Positions 49,471 through 56,385 of a stretch of 56,385 nucleotides of DNA are shown piece after piece. Both the position numbers and the translations under genes were made by a program. This DNA comes from an uncultured Bacteroidota bacterium (GTDB lineage Bacteria; Bacteroidota; Bacteroidia; NS11-12g; UBA955), in the NCBI GenBank assembly GCA_937867025.1, contig CALMKH010000023.1, positions 1 through 56,385 of the forward strand. Reading direction: 5' to 3'. Below the pieces are notes generated by a model. That model was not told the origin of the DNA and searched no databases. It saw only the letters and a list, made by a program, of their open reading frames with translations. Every line of letters starts with the position of its first letter. Position 1 is the first letter of the stretch.

Positions 49471-51634
49471 AATGATGAAACTTCTTTACAATCTTTTCAA
49501 GATCAATTCCCTTTCCCAGCACGGGCTTAAAAATATCTCCCTCGTTACTGATGCGGGCAAGCGCATTGAAGATCGTGAAATCCGTCATTTTCAGACCTTT
49601 TTTCACTTCCTCCCAATGCAAGGGCATTGAAACGGTGGCGCCGGGTTTAGGCCGTAACGAATATGCACATGCAATCGTGGCCTGCGCACGGTTCTGAAGA
49701 AAGTCAATATACATTTTGCCGTTCCTGTTTTTTACAGCTCTTTCAATGCTGGTGAATTTAGGTATTTCCCTGTGTACCATTGTAGCGATTACCCGGGCAA
49801 ACTCCCTGGATTGTTCGTATGTGTATTTAGCGCCTAACGGGATATAAATATGCAGCCCGTTTGAACCGCTGGTTTTACAGTAGCCCTTTACTCCCAGGTC
49901 GTCCAGAATCATTTTAGTGACGTTCGCTGCCTCTATCACCTGATCGAATGAATTTTTGTCGGGATCCAGATCGATAACGCACCAGTCGGGGTGATCAGGA
50001 CTCTGTTTCCGGCTGCTCCAGGGATTCATCTCGATACAACCAAGCGAAGCCATCAGCATAAGGCTCGCTTCATTGTTGACGACCAGGAAATGTTTGTCGC
50101 GCAAGTCGGTATCGCTGTGGTAAAGATACGTATCTATCCAATCAGGTACTTTCCCGGTAACGTCCTTCTGGTAAAAACTCTCGCCGGTAATGCCGTTGGG
50201 GTGACGGTTAAGCGACTGAGGCCTGTCTTTCAAATAAGGAAGGATATACGGAGCCACCTGGTAATAATAGTTAAGCATGTCGCGCTTGGTGACCTTTTCC
50301 CTGGGCCAGTACAGTTTGCTGAGATTAGTGAATTTCAGCTCATGCCCGCCAATCTTTCTCACCTGTTGTTTATCTGTGGGGTTGAGCAGGGTTTTCCGTG
50401 CGCCTTTAACAGGAGGTATTATTAATTTTTTTTCGGAAAGATTCTGAACGGTCTTCACCACTTTTTCGCTTGATGATGCCTGTTCCCTGACCACTTCCCG
50501 CGCTTTTTTATCAGTGCGCATGCCTTCAAATGAGGGGTGTCGCATAATGCCGTCACCGGTCATTTCGGTATAACTTACCTCGCACACCAGTTGCGGTTTG
50601 AGGAACACAGCGGTGGCGTTAGGGGGATCGGGCCTGAAACGCGACGGTTTGTTAATGTCGGGAAGTTCGGAGAAGGGCGGATGATCCGTTACCAGTGGCT
50701 TGAACAACTGCATCATTTCCTTTTGGGTCTTGTCATTAAAGCCCGTGCCTACTTTTCCGGTATACACAAGTTCTTTGCCTTCAAAGACCCCGACTAGCAG
50801 TGAGCTGAACAGTTTGGACGTACCGTCGTTTACGGTATAACCTCCTATCACCATTTCCTGGCGTTTATTGGCTTTTATCTTCAGCCACTCCTTGGTCCGG
50901 ATACCCGGGTAATACAAGCTGTCTGTCTTCTTCGCAATAATGCCTTCAAGGTTCATTTGCCTTGCTGCCTCAAAGAATTCGGCTCCGGATTCACCGAAAT
51001 TTTCGCTCATCCTGATAATGCCTTTCTGCGGCAGTATCGCACGAAGTATTTCTCTTCTCTTTTCCAGCGGCACTTCTGTAAGCATACGACCGTCATACCA
51101 TAACACGTCAAACACATAAAAGAACAGTTCACCGTCAGCTTCACTTCTCCAGTTCTGCAAATTTCCGAAATGCGAGATACCGCTGTCGTTTATTACGGCT
51201 ATCTCGCCGTCTATGATGGCATTGATGCCCCATTCCCCACATGCTTTGGTAATGGGGTAGAACTTTTCATTGAAGGACTTGTTGTTGCGGGATTTGAGTT
51301 CAACCCTGCCTTTGTTCATGAAAGCCATGGCGCGGTATCCATCCCACTTGATCTCGTAAGTCCAGCCGGGTTCATTGAACGGTTTGTCCACCAGTGTGGC
51401 TAACATCGGGGGCATATCCCATGTAAATTTTGCAGTTTTGCCCAGTGCAAGCAATTCTTCAATATTGCCGGCCTGTTTTTTTGCTGCCTTCGGCGCATCT
51501 GATGTTCTTCCCGCACCGTTTTTCTTTTCAGCATGAGTTTTCTTCCTGTTTTTGGGCGCTTGTTTCACCGCCTTGCCGGAAGGTTTGGGCGATGTCTTAG
51601 CACGGATATTCTGTTTCGGTTTGCTTAGCCCCAT
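49469..51634 (-). CDS. ligD: NHEJ DNA ligase D (ATP-dependent ligase + primase/polymerase), lacking the 3'-phosphoesterase domain
   Basis: PMLAT, EIKWDGYR, EGIIAK, WLKIK, MRHPSF in the ligase domain. DLDP, KTSGSNGLHIYIP, IDFLQN, AYSLRP in the Pol domain. The first ~55 aa are Lys-rich and low-complexity. Confidence 0.95.
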   Translation of the reverse strand: MGLSKPKQNIRAKTSPKPSGKAVKQAPKNRKKTHAEKKNGAGRTSDAPKAAKKQAGNIEELLALGKTAKFTWDMPPMLATLVDKPFNEPGWTYEIKWDGYRAMAFMNKGRVELKSRNNKSFNEKFYPITKACGEWGINAIIDGEIAVINDSGISHFGNLQNWRSEADGELFFYVFDVLWYDGRMLTEVPLEKRREILRAILPQKGIIRMSENFGESGAEFFEAARQMNLEGIIAKKTDSLYYPGIRTKEWLKIKANKRQEMVIGGYTVNDGTSKLFSSLLVGVFEGKELVYTGKVGTGFNDKTQKEMMQLFKPLVTDHPPFSELPDINKPSRFRPDPPNATAVFLKPQLVCEVSYTEMTGDGIMRHPSFEGMRTDKKAREVVREQASSSEKVVKTVQNLSEKKLIIPPVKGARKTLLNPTDKQQVRKIGGHELKFTNLSKLYWPREKVTKRDMLNYYYQVAPYILPYLKDRPQSLNRHPNGITGESFYQKDVTGKVPDWIDTYLYHSDTDLRDKHFLVVNNEASLMLMASLGCIEMNPWSSRKQSPDHPDWCVIDLDPDKNSFDQVIEAANVTKMILDDLGVKGYCKTSGSNGLHIYIPLGAKYTYEQSREFARVIATMVHREIPKFTSIERAVKNRNGKMYIDFLQNRAQATIACAYSLRPKPGATVSMPLHWEEVKKGLKMTDFTIFNALARISNEGDIFKPVLGKGIDLEKIVKKFHH

Positions 51635-51642
51635 CAGACGGA

Positions 51643-52659
51643 TTATTTTTTCCTGGCGGTCTTTGCAGTTTTGCCGCTTTTGCTTTTTGCCTTGGTTTTA
51701 GCGGTCGTACTGCTTTTTTTGGTTTTGACTGCAGACGATGCGGAAGCTGAAGTGATGCGTGTTCTCTTCGAGGCCGATGCAGTGGCCGTGGTCCTGCGTG
51801 CGGATTTGGCAGCCGATGCTGTGGTATTCCTGCCATCATTCTTATGTGATGATAAGCCTCCCAACCGTGCTATCTTCCTGACCTTCTCGGGATCCATGCT
51901 GGCAAACCCCCTGCGGCTGGTGCCGGTTTTTTTCTTTGTTTCCGCCTGGCTTCTCGCGCCGGATCCGCTGTGGGACGAAAGGCCGCCCATGCGCGCTATT
52001 TCACGAACCTGCTCAGGATCCATGCTGGCAAAACCTCTGCGGCTTGTCCTGTTATCCTGCTCTTCTAAAGGTTCCTGGTCAAACTCTTCAAAAGCACGTT
52101 GATCTTCAGGCCAATGTGCAGGCTGGGAAGAACCCCTGCGTCCTGTTTCGCCGAAATTCGGTCTTTCCATATTTTCAAAACCCCTGTTCCGCTGTGCATA
52201 TGGGTTATTGCCAAACCTTCCGGGATTGACCCTATTATTTTTATCATATTGTCCATAACGGTTGCCATTTTGCCCATTGTCATCGAAACCCTGGTCGAAA
52301 TACCCCTGATTCCTGCCCTGATGGCGATATGATCCTGTGTCGTAATAGTCCCGTTCATCATCAGGCTGATCAGTGTAATTGCCCATATTTCCAAATTCTT
52401 CCCGATTCCTGTTGTCAAACGGAATATTGCGATTTTCCAAACGCCTGTTCTGGGCGAATCTTTCTTCTTCGTTGCCATAATTTTCAAACTCCCTGTTCCT
52501 GTCATTTTCATAATATCCGAAATCCTCATTGTGCTCATTCCTGTACCCCTGGAAATTTTCCCTGTTAACAGGCTTATTGTTACGGCGTCTGTTCTGCCCG
52601 AATCGGTCGTACAAGTCCCTGTTGCCGGTTTGCGGACCCCTGTTTTGTCTTGTATTCAT
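51643..52659 (-). CDS. Hydrophilic disordered protein with two KGG (YciG/Con-10-like) stress repeats and a basic K/A/S/T tail
   Basis: RRGFASMDPEQVREIARMGGLSSH (51970-52041) and RRGFASMDPEKVRKIARLGGLSSH (51844-51915). N/R/E/G/Q-rich N-terminus. Stop lies 8 nt before the ligD ATG. Confidence 0.88.
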   Translation of the reverse strand: MNTRQNRGPQTGNRDLYDRFGQNRRRNNKPVNRENFQGYRNEHNEDFGYYENDRNREFENYGNEEERFAQNRRLENRNIPFDNRNREEFGNMGNYTDQPDDERDYYDTGSYRHQGRNQGYFDQGFDDNGQNGNRYGQYDKNNRVNPGRFGNNPYAQRNRGFENMERPNFGETGRRGSSQPAHWPEDQRAFEEFDQEPLEEQDNRTSRRGFASMDPEQVREIARMGGLSSHSGSGARSQAETKKKTGTSRRGFASMDPEKVRKIARLGGLSSHKNDGRNTTASAAKSARRTTATASASKRTRITSASASSAVKTKKSSTTAKTKAKSKSGKTAKTARKK

Positions 52660-53108
52660 AATTGTTGGTTTTTAAATCAACAAAGCTCAAAATTTTGTCC
52701 TGGACCTTCTTTATAACAATTCATTTTTATCTTATAGCTTCTCCATACGGAAAAGATTGTAACTATCCGGTTAATGGTTATTAATATACCGGACAGTATG
52801 GCCAATTCCTCAACTGACGGCGTGTATACCATGGTTATCCGTATCATTCTGCCCGCAATCCTGAAAAAAAATAAAAATTTATTTCTGCTCAGGCAACGAA
52901 TGCACACAAGCCTGTGTCTACGGATAGTAAAACTATCCGTATGTTCAGGAAAAATATCTCTAAATTGCTAAACAAAATGGCTTTCAGCCGTCGCTCAAAA
53001 CGTTCTGCCGCAAGTCTGATTTCCAATGATGCTCACATTCTATTCCAGCCCGCCGATATGAAGGGGCTTAAAAATATGCGAAAGCGTTTGGGAAAAGATT
53101 GATCCGTT

Positions 53109-53447
53109 TTAACTTCCCCTGAATTCTTCCTGATTCTCGTGGTTATCGCCGCCGAGGCTGTAATGATTATTCTCCTCATCCTCACTTCCGATCTCCTCCA
53201 GGGGATCATCCAGTTCGGCGCCCGGAATATCGAGATCTGAGCCGGAAACATCTTCTTCGAAATTTTTCTCACTCATCACACCCGGAGTTTCATAGGTTTT
53301 CAGCCTGGAGGGATCTTCAGGGTCGATCTCGCTTTCTTCCTTGAATTGGTAATAAATATCCTCGCTTGCCGGGTAAGGAGGGTACCCCGGAAATTGTTCT
53401 TGCTGCGGTTGTATATCGCTGCTTTTATTTTGCTTTTTTGGTTCCAT
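53109..53447 (-). CDS. Small acidic hypothetical protein (112 aa)
   Basis: PGYPPYPASEDIY and DLDIPGAELDD...EDEENNHYSLGGD. I recall these motifs from uncharacterised Bacteroidota proteins. Confidence 0.8.
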   Translation of the reverse strand: MEPKKQNKSSDIQPQQEQFPGYPPYPASEDIYYQFKEESEIDPEDPSRLKTYETPGVMSEKNFEEDVSGSDLDIPGAELDDPLEEIGSEDEENNHYSLGGDNHENQEEFRGS

Positions 53448-53575
53448 AGTATGTCAGATTGTTTTTATATTGTCTAAATGGCAGTCCGTTACAAAATTGA
53501 GAAAAAATGCCGCCTGAAGATTATATGTTTTATGAAAAAGCTTGCAAGTTTCCAAGGGAGAATGATAAACTTACC

Positions 53576-54040
53576 CTACACGCCCAGGTTCAGCATAAAA
53601 AAATCCCTTTTCAGGTATGGCTCCTGGCAATGGCCGTTGAATGTTATTATTTTATGCAGTATCCGTTTGAGAACGTTAAAGTCATGCGGTTTCTTTATGC
53701 ATACGTTAGCGCCCGACACCAGTAGTTCTTCCACATCGTTTTCATCGGTTGCAGTAGAATACATGCAAATGCAGAGGTCCTTGTACCGTTCATTCTGCCG
53801 TATGTTTACAAGGCATTCCCTTCCGCCCATGACAGGCATATTCATATCCAGGAACAGGATATCCGGGATAGGTTCTGAGTTATCCAGATAGTCCAGGGTC
53901 TCCCGGCCATTCCTTACCGTGTGGATATCAACATCCAGGTTCAATTCTCCGAATGCTTCAAGGAAGGTATTGGTGTCATCAGTATCGTCATCAGCGAACA
54001 ATACTGAAAACTGTTTGTTTTCTTTTAGTTTACCTTTCAT
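53576..54040 (-). CDS. Single-domain response regulator (CheY/Rcp1-like receiver)
   Basis: ADDDTDD, FLDMNMP, YST, KKP. Start reassigned to ATG 54040. Confidence 0.88.
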   Translation of the reverse strand: MKGKLKENKQFSVLFADDDTDDTNTFLEAFGELNLDVDIHTVRNGRETLDYLDNSEPIPDILFLDMNMPVMGGRECLVNIRQNERYKDLCICMYSTATDENDVEELLVSGANVCIKKPHDFNVLKRILHKIITFNGHCQEPYLKRDFFMLNLGV

Positions 54041-54464
54041 GGAGATAAAATTTTTTAGTTTGACTACTAATTGAAAATAGCAAATTTGAGATATGCAATC
54101 CTCAACCATATTATAACATTTTGGAATTAACTTGTATTTAATGCCTCTTTGCCGGAGGTGCATTCTTCCTTGCTCAGGTAAAACGGTTAGCCTGGTGTGC
54201 CTGGCACTCTGTGTAATTAAGCGTGGTGAAGCCTGCCTGTGCAGTGGATCAGCGACACGTTCGGAAAATGGAGGATGGGATGGTAATAATGATGATGCGT
54301 TTCATAGTGAGGCAATATTAATCTAATTATTTTATAATTGGAAGAAAAATATGTTTTTTTATTTAGCATGTATGATCTGCATGCCCGTATTAAATTATAA
54401 GATAAACATGCCAGGATATAATCGCATATATCCGCACGGGGTTCAAATTTGCATTAAAAATACC

Positions 54465-55277
54465 ATGAAGCAACAGGATAAAACAGTGCTGATAACAGGA
54501 GCAAGCAGCGGGATCGGTCTTGAACTCGCCAGGTTATTCGCACAGAACAGGTTCAATATGGTGATCGTGGCACGGCACAGCGAACACCTTCAGAAAACGG
54601 CGGAGGAATTGCGGGCGCTTGGAAGCGGGACTGTCACCATTATTTCCAAGGACCTGTCTCTTCCCGGTTCAGCGCGCGACGTGTACAACGAAACGACGCG
54701 CCAGGGTATACGCGTCAATATCCTGGTGAATGATGCGGGGGTGGGTACGTATGGACTTTTTACGGAGACAGACCTGGAAAAGGAGCTGGCACTTATACAT
54801 TTGAATATCGTATCCCTGGTAACCCTCACAAAGCTGTACCTGAAAGACATGTTAGCGTCGAAAGGCGGCCGCATACTTCAGCTGGCTTCAGTTGCGGCGT
54901 ATCAGCCGACCCCCAGGCTGGCCGTATATGCCGCTACCAAGGCGTTCATACTTTCATTCAGCGACGCACTGGGAACAGAGCTCGAGGGCAGTCCCGTAAC
55001 AGTGACAACACTTATTCCTAATGCTACAGATACTGATTTCTTCAGGAAGGCCGGCATGGAACATACAAAGGCGGCGTTGAACGACCCGGAGGATCCGGCA
55101 GTTGTTGCCAGGGTCGGGTATGAAGCCCTGATGAAGGGTGATGCCCATGCCCTGCCTCCCGGGGTCAAGAAAGAGGTAGTGAAGAGTTCGGTGCTTCCGA
55201 ACAGGGTTGTAGCCAGGCAGGCCGAAAAACAGGTTCAGGAAGAAGAACCCCGAAAAAGTAAAAAAGCCAAATCTTAG
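54465..55277 (+). CDS. SDR family oxidoreductase
   Basis: TGASSGIG, VNDAG, YAATK. Start reassigned to ATG 54465. Confidence 0.92.
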   Translation: MKQQDKTVLITGASSGIGLELARLFAQNRFNMVIVARHSEHLQKTAEELRALGSGTVTIISKDLSLPGSARDVYNETTRQGIRVNILVNDAGVGTYGLFTETDLEKELALIHLNIVSLVTLTKLYLKDMLASKGGRILQLASVAAYQPTPRLAVYAATKAFILSFSDALGTELEGSPVTVTTLIPNATDTDFFRKAGMEHTKAALNDPEDPAVVARVGYEALMKGDAHALPPGVKKEVVKSSVLPNRVVARQAEKQVQEEEPRKSKKAKS

Positions 55278-55307
55278 AATATGTATCTTTTGGTTTTTCT
55301 GAAAGGT

Positions 55308-55335
55308 AAAAGAGGTGTGTCACACACCTCTTTTT
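55308..55335. terminator. Bidirectional intrinsic terminator
   Basis: aaaagaggtgtg / tca / cacacctcttttt between convergent genes. Confidence 0.85.
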
Positions 55336-55356
55336 AGTATGTTTTAAGTATGCTGA

Positions 55357-56385
55357 TCAGCTAAGGATCATTTGAGCCGCATGTTTCCACGTGTACTGTT
55401 CCGACACTTTCCGGTGGAAGGCGCGGGCAATCAGGGTCCTTAGCCTTTTATCCGATACCAGCGAATTCATGGCTTTTGCAATGGAGTGCTCGTCGGGAGT
55501 GGTAAGTATCGCGTCAACATCCTTTTCCATAACGTCCAGGACAGGGGCGGTAAGGGGGGCTATAATCGGTTTGTTCATGGCGCCGTATTCGAAAATCTTG
55601 ACAGGTGAACCATACCAGTTTGACTTGACCATGACTGCTATGTCCATCAGGTCGATATAACTGAAGACATCTTCATTGGAAACACTGCCGGTAAATATGA
55701 TGCGATCTTCTAAATCCAGCTCCCTGCTAAGGGCTTTAAGTTCTGGAATAATTTCACCGTCACCGACTATCATAAGTACAGCATTTGGTTTTTCTCTGGC
55801 TGTGGAAGTAAAAGCCTTAATCAGCAGGTCCACGCCGTGATACGGAAAGATGGAGCCCACAAAGCCTATGATGATCTTGCCCTCGAGCTTGTATGTTTCA
55901 ATGAGGGAAGCCTTCAGTGCGGGGTTCGGAACAGCCTTGCGCATGTTCACGCAATTGGGCACCACCCTGATCTTGTCTTTTCCGTTGAGGTATTGCATGT
56001 AATATTCTTTTAGTACGCTCGATACCACATATACTTTGTCAGGATAGTTGGCCTGCATGTATTCGGAAGCCCTGGCTTTGTATTTCCATAAAGTGGGGAC
56101 TTTCTCAAATTTCCGTACCTCGTCCATAAACGGCGCATTAATCTCTATGTAATGCAGGCATTTTTTTTCCTTTGCAGCCTGAAGGCCTGACAACTGGAGA
56201 TAAGCAGCCCTCTCATACACAAGGTCGGGTTTGAACGTATCGATCTCATATGTGAGGATGGATTTCGCCTTCTTGTCAAATTGCATCAGGCGCAGCTCTT
56301 TCAGCGATCGCCAGATGATGGAAGGTACCGCTTTCTTCAGGACTGTTTTCAGCCTGTTTTTTCGGGATGGAAGGGTGGGTGAGGA
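55357..56385 (-). CDS. Glycosyltransferase family 4 (5' end beyond the window)
   Basis: GFVGS..YHGVD, IVGDG, SPVKIFEYGAM.KPII. The frame stays open to the window edge. Confidence 0.9.
   Translation of the reverse strand, partial: SSPTLPSRKNRLKTVLKKAVPSIIWRSLKELRLMQFDKKAKSILTYEIDTFKPDLVYERAAYLQLSGLQAAKEKKCLHYIEINAPFMDEVRKFEKVPTLWKYKARASEYMQANYPDKVYVVSSVLKEYYMQYLNGKDKIRVVPNCVNMRKAVPNPALKASLIETYKLEGKIIIGFVGSIFPYHGVDLLIKAFTSTAREKPNAVLMIVGDGEIIPELKALSRELDLEDRIIFTGSVSNEDVFSYIDLMDIAVMVKSNWYGSPVKIFEYGAMNKPIIAPLTAPVLDVMEKDVDAILTTPDEHSIAKAMNSLVSDKRLRTLIARAFHRKVSEQYTWKHAAQMILS

Noticed and set aside
52660-53108. Short ORFs upstream of the KGG gene checked as a possible ku remnant
   Set aside because: No Ku-like motif (W.G.I.FGLV) in the listed ORFs. 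They are short and mutually overlapping.
54041-54464. Upstream extensions of the response regulator and SDR ORFs
   Set aside because: AT-rich divergent intergenic DNA. The recognisable domains start at ATG 54040 and ATG 54465.

Overview
Chromosomal window from a Bacteroidota bacterium. The evidence is TAnnTTTG promoters, signal peptides followed by Gln, type IX secretion (T9SS) C-terminal domains and SprB-type repeats. About 25 genes are supportable. I saw no rRNA, tRNA, CRISPR array or transposase. The left part holds signalling and stress genes: an orphan histidine kinase with 21-aa repeats, a beta-propeller kinase/NarL pair, an epimerase plus SPW/VKOR pair, nhaA, a FkbM methyltransferase plus acyltransferase, and a fused trehalose-6-P synthase/phosphatase plus GH15. 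The middle holds outer-membrane, T9SS and housekeeping genes (MFS transporter, purQ). The dominant feature is a 21.7-kb two-gene operon on the minus strand. Its first gene encodes a 4379-aa protein (Cys-rich tip, 5 beta-helix modules, 8 CARDB repeats) with a signal peptide but no T9SS CTD. The second starts 7 nt later and encodes a 2835-aa protein (M4 protease, DPND-motif domain, 21 SprB repeats, T9SS CTD). Together they look like one giant adhesin split at its variable slot. The right part has a ligD lacking its phosphoesterase domain, with no ku in the window, directly downstream of a disordered KGG-repeat protein with a histone-like tail. Family assignments are by motif recognition by eye, not by database search.
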